DNA from: an uncultured Algimonas sp.
Lineage (GTDB): Bacteria > Pseudomonadota > Alphaproteobacteria > Caulobacterales > Maricaulaceae
DNA length: 64,000 nucleotides
NCBI GenBank assembly: GCA_964565335.1
Contig: CAZMEN010000001.1
Coordinates: 43,398-107,397, forward strand
Direction of reading: 5' to 3'
This document shows, piece after piece, positions 39,657 to 48,600 of the stretch (position 1 is the first letter of the stretch; each line of letters begins with the position of its first letter). A program made the translations under genes and the position numbers. The notes under the pieces are model-generated. The model was not told the origin of the DNA. It ran no database searches and worked only from the letters and a program-made list of their open reading frames with translations.

Positions 39657-40388
39657 TTATGAATGACCTTCAGTAGAGGCAGCTTTTTCCGGATTATACT
39701 TCCGCGCCAACCAAGCTCCAAACGGCCAATTCAGAACCAAAAGCCAACCTCCGAAGCCATAGATTGGGTTAATCTGACAAACCATCGCGACCAAAATACA
39801 TAAGAGGGTCATGAAGCTATACATAGCCAGAGTTCCACGGGACAAGATCATTTCAGACTCTGACAGTTCCAAAACATCCGCCTTTTTAATGGCGTGCCTA
39901 TACATGAAAACGAAACAGGCATTAATCGCAGCATAGCCCATTGCGAAATAAGACAAAATCAATCCCGAACGCTGAAAATTCAAATGCATGGCGGTTGCGC
40001 GTTGGTAATTATCCAAGGGTCCGGTGACAAAAGCAAAAAAGCTCTCAAATGCAAACCGTAGGGGATAAGCCGCGAAAAGGACGAAAAAGAGCAAAATCAC
40101 ATTGAATAAAATTATACGTCCATCGGCGACACCGAACCGCCTGAAAAACGTGAAATGTCCATGCCAAATTTGCAACAATAAAATAAACGACGCAAAAGCT
40201 GGAATAATATTAAAAAGGAACGCTTGAAGATCTTCGAACGTCTGCGGGATATTGGACGACAAAATTATCATACCCATCGCCAAGGCGAAGACAATATCCG
40301 ACAGATTTTCAATTCGCGTTACAGCTTCCCCGCGCCACCGAAAATGGGGGTCATGATCAAGCGTTTTGGATAGAGAGCCTCTTATCAT
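39657..40388 (-). CDS. TMEM175 family (DUF1211) potassium channel
   Basis: RIENLSDIVFALA (RxxxF/LSD motif), WHGH and FFRRFG; about 6 TM segments. Confidence 0.8.
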   Translation of the reverse strand: MIRGSLSKTLDHDPHFRWRGEAVTRIENLSDIVFALAMGMIILSSNIPQTFEDLQAFLFNIIPAFASFILLLQIWHGHFTFFRRFGVADGRIILFNVILLFFVLFAAYPLRFAFESFFAFVTGPLDNYQRATAMHLNFQRSGLILSYFAMGYAAINACFVFMYRHAIKKADVLELSESEMILSRGTLAMYSFMTLLCILVAMVCQINPIYGFGGWLLVLNWPFGAWLARKYNPEKAASTEGHS

Positions 40389-40443
40389 ATTTTAATATGC
40401 TTCAATTCTGAGCCCCAGTGACCAGCGTAAGGAACTAGTCAGT

Positions 40444-42087
40444 CTATTCACTCACGCCTGCCGAAAAGCCCAAAGATTTCGGGTTCAGATTTTTCTCTCT
40501 CGCCTGAGCCAAGTCCATAATAGAGACGGGTTCTGACGGTTTCATAGCAACCGTGAAGGTTCCTCCGGATTCGACAAACTTAGCGAATGCGTCCCCCGTT
40601 TGCCCTAAGAGCTCTTTTTCTAACTCACTTTGGGCCATAAGGGGGGCCGCCATAACGGCGACTTTTAGTTGCCGCTTGAGCATTTCTTCTGATTGACCTG
40701 TCATTTCGCTCGCCAATTTCAGGCCGCGCTCAAGGATAGAGTTATCTTCCAGACTGATTTTCATCGCACGAACTTTTAGAGCCTCCAAGCTCTCCATCAA
40801 TACGTCTGCATCCCTGTCACTGCCAGAGCCGTCGGTCGCATATTTGGTTTCTGCGGCTTTTGCGGCGTCAACCATAGCCGACAGACCTTCAGCCTCATAT
40901 GTATAGTTGAGTTTAAAACTATCCTTCATTTCCAGAAGTCCATTTTCAATCGCTACGGTGTCTTTATTCTTATCCATAACTTGAGTTTGCGAAGTGGTAA
41001 AACTCATCGTGTCGAACCCTAGGTTTTTCAGCATTGTATAGGCCTGTTTGCCCTGCAAAGTTTTCGGCTCTTTCAAGAATGAAAACGTCATAGGTTTACC
41101 GATTTGGGTGATTTTTGTAACGCCACCAGACTCTTTCGCTTGGCCTTCAAACCCTTCAAAATCGAAGCTAAAAACATCATTCGAGAATAGGCCTTTTCCG
41201 ATTGTGAATTCGTCATAAGGCTTAGCGAAGAGATTCATCTGACCCAACATTTGTCCTAAGCCCATAGTCTGCCCCAGACCCATGCCGTTCATATCGCGCG
41301 ACATGTTTTTGTACGGTTCCATATTGACGCCACGAGCTGACCCGCCTTCAAATTTCAACACGGAAACCATCTCATCATCGCCCTTGATTGTGAAATCAAT
41401 CTTGCCAACTTTGCCGTCACCAAGATTTGTATTTTCGTCGGACCCCCAAATAATATGATCAACCGTACCTGTTGCCTGCTCCGCCGTAAGAGTAATATCG
41501 TTCATTGAAATGGCGCCCAAAGTTAAAACTTCGCCGTCTTCAATATCTAGTTTGATGTTATCTGTGCCTTCTGCATTCTGGATAGCCCCCAGAATGGTTT
41601 GCGCCATTTTTGGACTTGGGCGGGCAAGGCTCATTGAACCGATATTCATAACAACATCATCACCTGTGATTTTTAGGTCTTGGAAATCCGCTCTATCGAA
41701 AGTCGCTTCGTCGCCTTCCATATGGACGCCGAAAATTTGAGCCTGTCCAATTAAAAGTGTGCTGTCATCATTTTTTACCCCAAGGTTTTTATAAACGTAA
41801 TTTCCGTTCTCACCAGATTTATTCGCCCAAGTCATTTTTCCTTCTTCGGCCAACGACAGAGATTTGAGCGCAGTTTGCGCTTCGGACTCAGTTGTCGTGC
41901 GAGGGGCAACTTCAAAATATTGTTTGAAGTCTTTTTTATCATTGGCCTTCAACCCTAACGGGGCTGCCGCAACTGAAATTTGTGCATCCTCGCTCTTGTC
42001 CTTTGAGTTACAACCGCCCATCAAGAGAGCCGTAACGGCAATCGCCGTCGCTGTAGTGGAAAATAAAGATTTGCGTAAAGTCATCAT
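40444..42087 (-). CDS. Hypothetical lipoprotein, beta-rich
   Basis: Lipobox LLMGGC; long run of beta-strand-like segments; helical C-terminal region. Confidence 0.7.
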   Translation of the reverse strand: MMTLRKSLFSTTATAIAVTALLMGGCNSKDKSEDAQISVAAAPLGLKANDKKDFKQYFEVAPRTTTESEAQTALKSLSLAEEGKMTWANKSGENGNYVYKNLGVKNDDSTLLIGQAQIFGVHMEGDEATFDRADFQDLKITGDDVVMNIGSMSLARPSPKMAQTILGAIQNAEGTDNIKLDIEDGEVLTLGAISMNDITLTAEQATGTVDHIIWGSDENTNLGDGKVGKIDFTIKGDDEMVSVLKFEGGSARGVNMEPYKNMSRDMNGMGLGQTMGLGQMLGQMNLFAKPYDEFTIGKGLFSNDVFSFDFEGFEGQAKESGGVTKITQIGKPMTFSFLKEPKTLQGKQAYTMLKNLGFDTMSFTTSQTQVMDKNKDTVAIENGLLEMKDSFKLNYTYEAEGLSAMVDAAKAAETKYATDGSGSDRDADVLMESLEALKVRAMKISLEDNSILERGLKLASEMTGQSEEMLKRQLKVAVMAAPLMAQSELEKELLGQTGDAFAKFVESGGTFTVAMKPSEPVSIMDLAQAREKNLNPKSLGFSAGVSE

Positions 42088-42129
42088 GGGACAAGTCCAG
42101 TCATATGTCTGTTCAGGCGGTCAAAGCCT

Positions 42130-42882
42130 ATGAGTTGGTTAAACCATAACACCTCAAGCGGCCCTGCCAAGACTGATTTCCCGTTGCGGGACCCTTCAGA
42201 CCCCAGAATTCTTTATGTTTTGAGTGATCGAGCGCGGCGCATATCGCTCAAGGTCAAAACCTCTGACCGAGAAGTCAATGTGATTGTACCCGGTTTCCGG
42301 CATTTCAAAGCGGCTGCTAAATTCGCAAGAGAGCAAACCGATTGGATCGATGTGCAGTTGGAAGCCCTGCCTCCACCCCAACCTTTTATTCCCGGACAGG
42401 ACATTCTCTATCGCGGGCTGTCTTATCGTCTAATCAAACCAGAGGGTCGCGGGCGAGCGCGTGTCGATGATGTTAAACGCAAAATTGTTGTGCCCTCCCC
42501 CGATTTGGACAGTTTTTCTGGACGCGTGCGGCGCTTTCTTATTCGCGAGGCCCGCGCGGAATTGGAGGCTGCGAGCCATCATTATGCGGAGAAGCTCGGC
42601 AAGCGGATTGGTAAGATTAGTGTTCGCGATACATCGTCTCGATGGGGGTCCTGCATAACCCGAAACGGCGAGGGCCATATCAGCTACTCTTGGCGCCTCA
42701 TATGCGCGCCCGCCAATATTTTGGATTATGTCGCCGCGCATGAATGCGCCCATATGATTGAAGCTAATCATAGTCAGGCCTTTTGGGATGTTTGCGATTC
42801 CATTTTCGAAGACGTGAAAGGCTGTAAGAAGTGGCTCAATAAAAACGGCAGTTTTCTGCATGCTGTTGGGGCCGATTTTTAA
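42130..42882 (+). CDS. YgjP/DUF45-type (M48/SprT-like) metal-dependent hydrolase
   Basis: SRWGSC, YSWRLI and DYVAAHECAHM...NHSQAFW motifs. Confidence 0.88.
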   Translation: MSWLNHNTSSGPAKTDFPLRDPSDPRILYVLSDRARRISLKVKTSDREVNVIVPGFRHFKAAAKFAREQTDWIDVQLEALPPPQPFIPGQDILYRGLSYRLIKPEGRGRARVDDVKRKIVVPSPDLDSFSGRVRRFLIREARAELEAASHHYAEKLGKRIGKISVRDTSSRWGSCITRNGEGHISYSWRLICAPANILDYVAAHECAHMIEANHSQAFWDVCDSIFEDVKGCKKWLNKNGSFLHAVGADF

Positions 42883-42993
42883 CCGACCACCAGCACAATT
42901 TCGTGGTCCCTTTTCGTAATGTCCTAATTCATGCACATGGATTAAACTTAGGCTTCGTTGACGAAAACATCCCCCCATGAAATTGCTAATAAA

Positions 42994-43040
42994 AATGCAA
43001 TTCAGTCGCATTTAACGTTGATTTTGCAAATCATTCTCAA
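42994..43040. promoter_or_regulatory. Two putative Fur/iron-responsive boxes
   Basis: AATGCAA-TTCAG-TCGCATT (42994-43012) and TTGCAAATCATTCTCAA (43024-43040), upstream of a TonB receptor. Confidence 0.65.
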
Positions 43041-43094
43041 TATAGGCTCTGTCAAACAAAGCTGATGCAATCACATCAGCCCAAAAGGACTAGC

Positions 43095-45200
43095 ATGAAA
43101 ACCGAGCTTAAATTAAGCGTTTGCACATCCGTGCTCATGACACTGATGGGAACTACAGCGCTAGCGCAAGCAACCGAGGTCGACTTTGTTGATGAGGTCA
43201 TTACTCAAGGACAATTTCTTTATTCCGACCAAGTGAACGCGCTGAAATCCCCCACGCCCATCATCGATGTTCCGCAGAGCTTATCTATTGTCACGGCTGA
43301 CCAAATTACGCTTCAAGGCTTCACTGAAATCGGCGACCTGATTAATTATACACCTGGTGTGAATACGTCCCAAGGCGAAGGCCATAGGGACGCCATTGTT
43401 TTTCGTGGTATCCGCTCAACAGCCGACTTTTTTATTGATGGCGTACGAGATGACGTTCAATATTACCGCCCGCTTTATAACTTGGAGCAGGTTGAAATCC
43501 TCAGAGGTCCTAATGCTCTGTTATTTGGGCGCGGTGGCACAGGCGGTATCTTAAACCGCGTCTCTAAAAAGGGACGAATCGGCGAACAGTTCACAGGCTA
43601 TAAAGCCAGCGTGAATAGTTTCGGCGAATTTGATGTTCAGCTCGACAGTAACTTTTCAACTGGCGATGCAAGTGCCTTCCGTATCAATGCCTATTACGAA
43701 AATCTGGATAACCACCGTGATTTTTATGACGGAGAGCGGATTGGTTTTAATCCCACAGCAAAATTCGAATTGACGCCGTCCACTGTTTTGGATGTATCCT
43801 ATGAATATGCAGACCATGAGCGTTTTATTGATCGCGGCATTCCCACCGGAGCAGATGGACGCCCTGTTGAAGCCTTTGAAGAGATTGTCTTCGGCGACCC
43901 CGAACTAAACGAAGCAACATTAGAGGCCCATTTATTCCGCGCCTCACTTCAGCATTCTTTCTCCGAGACCCTAAAAGGTAATTTTCACGCTTTTTACGGC
44001 AACTATGACAAATTTTACGGTAATTTTTACGCTTCAGGCTATGATGAGACAAATACGCCTGACCGTGTCACGCTCGACGGATATGAAGATGTCACAGATC
44101 GTCAGAACTTAAGTGTCTCAGGAAACTTAGTTGGAGAAGTTGACACGGGCAGTATCCATCACACGATTATAGCCGGCGCTGAATATATCGGCACATCATC
44201 CGACCAATTTCGTTTTAATGCGCTGTGGGACACAACGTCAGATGACAATGAGGTTTTTACAATCTCTCGACCTCTCGCCCTCATAAACGGTGTGGGCACA
44301 AATGCGTCCGGCGCCGCGACAACGAATGATTTCACGTCTGATTTGAATGACGATACGCGCGTAGATATTGATGTGTTCTCAGCCTATATTCAGAATGAAA
44401 TCGCTCTGTCAGATATGTTCGATATTGTCCTCGGCGCACGTTTCGACAGCTTCGATATTCAAGTCCTCAATGTACCTGCGAATGAAACGCGCACGCGCAA
44501 GGATGAAGAAATATCGCCGCGCCTAGGTTTGATCTTCAAGCCACAAGAAAACATGTCTATTTATGGCAGCTATAGCGAGTCCTTCTTGCCGCGGAGCGGC
44601 GAGCAATTCGCCAACATCAATGGCGATAATAACCGCCTTGATCCGAACACCTTCGCAAATCTTGAAGCCGGCGTTAAATGGGATTTCCAATCAGGCCTGA
44701 GCCTGACGACCGCAATCTTTGAAATTGAACAAGAATCACCTGTTGTGTCTGACATAGATGCCAGCCAATTTGATATCATAGAGACAACAATTAATGGAAT
44801 TGAAGTTCAACTTCAGGGGCAGCTCACCGACCAATGGTTTGTCTCCGCTGGTTATAGTTTTCTAGATGGCGAGCAAGCGAATGCAAGTTTACGCCCGCGG
44901 GAATTACCGAAACATATGTTTTCGCTTTGGAATAATTATCAGCTTACAGATCAATTCGGTCTTGGGCTCGGCGTCACCTATCAGGATGAGAGCTTTATCA
45001 ATAATAGCAATAGCGCCGAATTACCTAGCTATACGCGCTTTGATGCTGCAGCCTATTACGATGTTTCAGACGCCCTACGAGTTCAAATCAATCTCGAAAA
45101 TTTGACGGATGAATTGTACTTTCCAAACGCACACAGCACGCATCAAGCCTCTGTGGGCGCCCCGTTAAATGCCCGTTTTACCATCAGCGGACGTTTCTAA
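43095..45200 (+). CDS. TonB-dependent siderophore receptor
   Basis: Plug motifs PQSLSIV, IRGI...DFFIDGVRD and EQVEILRGPNALLFGRGGTGGILNRVSK; ends in F. ATG 43095 follows AAGGA. Confidence 0.92.
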   Translation: MKTELKLSVCTSVLMTLMGTTALAQATEVDFVDEVITQGQFLYSDQVNALKSPTPIIDVPQSLSIVTADQITLQGFTEIGDLINYTPGVNTSQGEGHRDAIVFRGIRSTADFFIDGVRDDVQYYRPLYNLEQVEILRGPNALLFGRGGTGGILNRVSKKGRIGEQFTGYKASVNSFGEFDVQLDSNFSTGDASAFRINAYYENLDNHRDFYDGERIGFNPTAKFELTPSTVLDVSYEYADHERFIDRGIPTGADGRPVEAFEEIVFGDPELNEATLEAHLFRASLQHSFSETLKGNFHAFYGNYDKFYGNFYASGYDETNTPDRVTLDGYEDVTDRQNLSVSGNLVGEVDTGSIHHTIIAGAEYIGTSSDQFRFNALWDTTSDDNEVFTISRPLALINGVGTNASGAATTNDFTSDLNDDTRVDIDVFSAYIQNEIALSDMFDIVLGARFDSFDIQVLNVPANETRTRKDEEISPRLGLIFKPQENMSIYGSYSESFLPRSGEQFANINGDNNRLDPNTFANLEAGVKWDFQSGLSLTTAIFEIEQESPVVSDIDASQFDIIETTINGIEVQLQGQLTDQWFVSAGYSFLDGEQANASLRPRELPKHMFSLWNNYQLTDQFGLGLGVTYQDESFINNSNSAELPSYTRFDAAAYYDVSDALRVQINLENLTDELYFPNAHSTHQASVGAPLNARFTISGRF

Positions 45201-45225
45201 GACATACCTGTTCCAACAAGGCCTC

Positions 45226-45657
45226 TCACCAAGCGCCTAAATTCACCAGTTTTGTGCGCAGGGCCGCAGGTAGCTCTCCCCCGCTTCCCGGCCCTTCTAG
45301 ATCTTTTGGCGCATCCTCTTTTTGCAAATACCGCCAACCTTGAAAGGCCCGTCTGGGCGTCGGTATGACTGGAATAATTTTGGGGTCCATCATTATGGCG
45401 CAGGCTCGATGGCCGTTCTTGGTAGTTTCCTCCAAGCCGACAATAGGGTTCCGGCATTGGATCAGACCTTTAATCACCCAATAGATGGAACCGCCGTCCA
45501 AAAGAGCCTCTCCGCGTTTCGGGAACATACGCGTAACATGGATGTGGTGAGGCGACAGTCCTTGCTTCTCGCGACGCCTGACCACCAGTTTTTGCCAGTC
45601 CCGCAAAGTCGCTATGGACTCTGATCCAACCGACAATTTCTGTAAGTGCAATGTCAC
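45226..45657 (-). CDS. DUF1489 family protein
   Basis: LHLQKLSVG, TRMFPKR, GGSIYWVIKG and RRAFQGWRYL motifs. Confidence 0.88.
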   Translation of the reverse strand: MTLHLQKLSVGSESIATLRDWQKLVVRRREKQGLSPHHIHVTRMFPKRGEALLDGGSIYWVIKGLIQCRNPIVGLEETTKNGHRACAIMMDPKIIPVIPTPRRAFQGWRYLQKEDAPKDLEGPGSGGELPAALRTKLVNLGAW

Positions 45658-45764
45658 GCATGCAGGCTAAACGAAAAATCGCGGCAGGAGAAGATGAGCT
45701 GTCGCGACAAAACGTCAAAATTGAGGATAAGCGATGCCTTCTTTCCTAAAGGACGGAACTAATA

Positions 45765-46703
45765 TTAGAAACACCGCTCAAAAGGATCAATATCGACCAA
45801 GTAATTTGGAGCATTGGGATCCAGTTTAAACGTCACAACATCTGGCTGCGACTTATCGGGCAGAAGTCCCGCCTTTTTAATAACGCGGCCAAAAACCGAT
45901 TTTACCTGCCTAGCAACGGCGCTGTCATCTTTATAGCTAGGGTTCATTCCCAAACGATGACGGAGAACGGAATTTGTAATCATCGCCGCGTTCTTCATCC
46001 CGCTTTCCCGCGTTGAATATTCCGTCGTGACAGACACACAGAATGTGCGGTTATCGACACGGTGCGGAGAATGGAGCGGCCAAGAACCACCTTGCCCTGG
46101 TTCTAAATCAAGGATCGTGGCATGTTCATTGAAATACTCATGAAACGGCAAATCATCCTCAGTATAGCTGGCAAGCGCATTTTCGTGAGACTCATCCGGA
46201 ATGAACTCTTGGGTCTGCGGATAAACGTAAATGCGCTTTTGCCCGCGGACATGCCATAAGATAACTTCGGTCTTGTCGAAATGATAAGGCACTTTAGCGA
46301 CGGGCGAGCTAATAAGAACGCCGCCATTTGCATTAAAAACGGCTGAGCCGCTGACCTTAGCAAGATTGCCATACATACTATCAAGCACTGCTTTATATTC
46401 GGGGTGAACATTCATCGCACGACGAACATTAATCCAGATTTTACCGGCTTTTGCGGCTTCGAGCATTACTGCCCCGGACGCATCCCTAAAATCTCCGGTT
46501 CGGAACCTATTAGGATAAAGCTTATGATCTGATCCACCCATCGTACACACATCCAGCATGTCCGCTGGGTGTTTCTCTAACAGTTCAATAAGCGCCTCAT
46601 CCGTAAACAACCCTGTCTCGGCAAGACGATGTTCAAACGTAAAAATTTCTTTTTGGAACTGAGCTGTTTTCTCATCCGTCCAATTTACAATCATTTGCGA
46701 CAT
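45765..46703 (-). CDS. Cupin/JmjC-like protein
   Basis: LISSP...VPYHFD...LWHVRGQKR and WPLHSPHRV metal-binding cupin motif. ATG 46703 chosen for its SD; 46829 and 46838 are alternatives. Confidence 0.72.
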   Translation of the reverse strand: MSQMIVNWTDEKTAQFQKEIFTFEHRLAETGLFTDEALIELLEKHPADMLDVCTMGGSDHKLYPNRFRTGDFRDASGAVMLEAAKAGKIWINVRRAMNVHPEYKAVLDSMYGNLAKVSGSAVFNANGGVLISSPVAKVPYHFDKTEVILWHVRGQKRIYVYPQTQEFIPDESHENALASYTEDDLPFHEYFNEHATILDLEPGQGGSWPLHSPHRVDNRTFCVSVTTEYSTRESGMKNAAMITNSVLRHRLGMNPSYKDDSAVARQVKSVFGRVIKKAGLLPDKSQPDVVTFKLDPNAPNYLVDIDPFERCF

Positions 46704-46830
46704 AGCATCTTCACCCTCAGTCCGTAGCAAATCCTGGCCAAGCGCAGTGTTCTGCTCTGGCGATTTAAGGCGCGGTATAGGCGGAAAATCTTTAACTGAG
46801 GTGTAAGCCTTTTTGGAAAATGAAAACATG

Positions 46831-46846
46831 GTTAACATCTCGTAAA
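46831..46846 (-). promoter_or_regulatory. Putative CtrA box
   Basis: TTTA-CGAGATG-TTAAC, one mismatch from TTAA-N7-TTAAC. Confidence 0.55.
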
Positions 46847-46860
46847 ATTAGAGTTTTGAT

Positions 46861-48516
46861 TTAGCGAAAGGCGCGGCGCACTAAATAGTAAAAACCGCCC
46901 AGAAGCATCAGGCCTCCAATAAGAGCCCCCGCCAGAACGATAAGCGGCCCCCACTCGCCCAATAAGCGCTCGGCGCCTTGGTAATTCACAGCGAAAGCCA
47001 AGAATAAGGTCACTAAGCCTAAGACCATGATAGCCCAGAGCCCTATGGAGCTCGAAGGTTTCTCAACGGCTTGCGGCATTTCTCGTGATGCAAACGGATC
47101 AGGGCTGTCGCCATGTAAGCGCATCGCATCATCTTCGGCCAGATTATCAATAATTAAATCCGCAGGCCTTGCATCAATTTCGTCTTTAATGACCTCGGCT
47201 GTCAAATCAGCGGGGGCCGTAAGAACGGCTTCTTCATTGGACCGTAATGTTTGCGCTACTTGCGGCGTCTCAACCTCATAAATTTCTTCAACCTCAACCT
47301 CGACGGGTTCAGCTGGCGTTTGTGGTTGAATGAGTGTTTCGGGCCAGTCCTCTGCAGAAGGCTCATCACCGTCCCGCACGTTTTCTATCAAAGCATCCAG
47401 GCGATCGGAAATATCCGCCGCCGCTTCAGCAATGACGGACCTTGGGGCCTCTATTGGATCATCGCCCAATTCAGACAAAGGACGTTCTGCCTCAAACTCC
47501 GCAACGCTCTCCAAAACGGGTAGATCTTCAGCGCTTATTTCGTCTAACTCGTTTAACTCCAATATTTCATCCAACACGTGGATTTCGCTGACCTCCGTCG
47601 TTTCGACAGGGGTTTCGACTGCAATTTCAACGACTTCTACATCAGGAGAGACGATGGGAGCGTCGAGACCATCAGATGTGTCCTCTAGGATCGCTTCATT
47701 AAGGATAGTGTCTTCATTCTGAAATTGCGTTGCAGCTTGAGCTTCAAGCGATTCCGCAAAATCACCTGTCGCAACTTCGGCAGGCGGCTCTTCCTCCACC
47801 CAAGGCGTCTCTTCTTCTGCTAGGGACAACGCTGCATCATTTTGCTCAGACGCCTCAATAGGGGCTTGCTCAACGATACCAACTTTGGCGCTTTCTAGAC
47901 GATAAGCCTGCTCGGTCTTGTCACCTTCTAATGGGCCAGGTGTCGCATCAAAGTCTTCGGGCAAAACAGGCGTATCATCAACAACGGACGAGACGATACC
48001 ATCCCGTTTTGGCGGCAAATCAATCGTAGGGGCTGGTTGAGGCTGTTTGTCCGTACGAAGAAATAAGGCTTTCTCTGCCGTGCGCCGGCGCATGAGCGCG
48101 TCGATGACATAGGTTTTACCGTTAATAGTCGATTTTCGCCATACATCTAAGCTATTGGCAGCGTCCAGATAACGACCATTATTCAGCGCATGCACTGTGT
48201 CTGAGACCAAGAAAGCACGCGGTCCGATATTGAAAGAGAAACTGACCAAAGCATCAAATTGCCCCTGCGTCAGAGGCGCGTGGATATTCTCGTTGATCAT
48301 ATCCTCATAGGGCTGCAAGTCAGATTTCAGCAATTTTTCTGCTTGATTTTTTGATAATTTGTGGGGGTTCTCGTCATATAATTTATGACCATACCCTACA
48401 ACACGCTGGCCATTGACCAACGTCCTATCAACAGGGCGATAGCCCTCAAAAGCCTTGATTAATTTCAAGCCTCTTTCTGATAATGTCAGCCCGTGGGAAG
48501 CCGTTAATATGCTCAT
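46861..48516 (-). CDS. spmX: SpmX-like polar scaffold (GH24 muramidase domain, acidic disordered linker, two TM segments)
   Basis: LIKAFEG...GYGH, LTQGQFDALVSFSFNIG and IDALMRRRTAEKALFL; long E/D/P-rich linker; two C-terminal TM segments. Confidence 0.88.
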   Translation of the reverse strand: MSILTASHGLTLSERGLKLIKAFEGYRPVDRTLVNGQRVVGYGHKLYDENPHKLSKNQAEKLLKSDLQPYEDMINENIHAPLTQGQFDALVSFSFNIGPRAFLVSDTVHALNNGRYLDAANSLDVWRKSTINGKTYVIDALMRRRTAEKALFLRTDKQPQPAPTIDLPPKRDGIVSSVVDDTPVLPEDFDATPGPLEGDKTEQAYRLESAKVGIVEQAPIEASEQNDAALSLAEEETPWVEEEPPAEVATGDFAESLEAQAATQFQNEDTILNEAILEDTSDGLDAPIVSPDVEVVEIAVETPVETTEVSEIHVLDEILELNELDEISAEDLPVLESVAEFEAERPLSELGDDPIEAPRSVIAEAAADISDRLDALIENVRDGDEPSAEDWPETLIQPQTPAEPVEVEVEEIYEVETPQVAQTLRSNEEAVLTAPADLTAEVIKDEIDARPADLIIDNLAEDDAMRLHGDSPDPFASREMPQAVEKPSSSIGLWAIMVLGLVTLFLAFAVNYQGAERLLGEWGPLIVLAGALIGGLMLLGGFYYLVRRAFR

Positions 48517-48563
48517 CTTCGTCCCAAACTAAAACAGTTGACGTGTTAACTTACGCAGGACTG

Positions 48564-48579
48564 TGCAAGTTTCAGGCCG
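48564..48579 (-). promoter_or_regulatory. Putative sigma54 promoter of spmX
   Basis: CGGCCT-GAAAC-TTGCA with GG-N10-GC spacing; spmX is sigma54/TacA-dependent in Caulobacter (established knowledge). Confidence 0.7.
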
Positions 48580-48600
48580 AACTCGCGCAAATAGGGAAAA

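Noticed and set aside
42130-42882. YgjP/DUF45 gene as part of a restriction or defence locus
   Set aside because: No methyltransferase, restriction or other defence genes are adjacent; the context is housekeeping.
46861-48516. Prophage endolysin
   Set aside because: The lysozyme domain is fused to a long acidic linker and two TM segments, has a degenerate triad and has no phage genes around it; this is the SpmX architecture.
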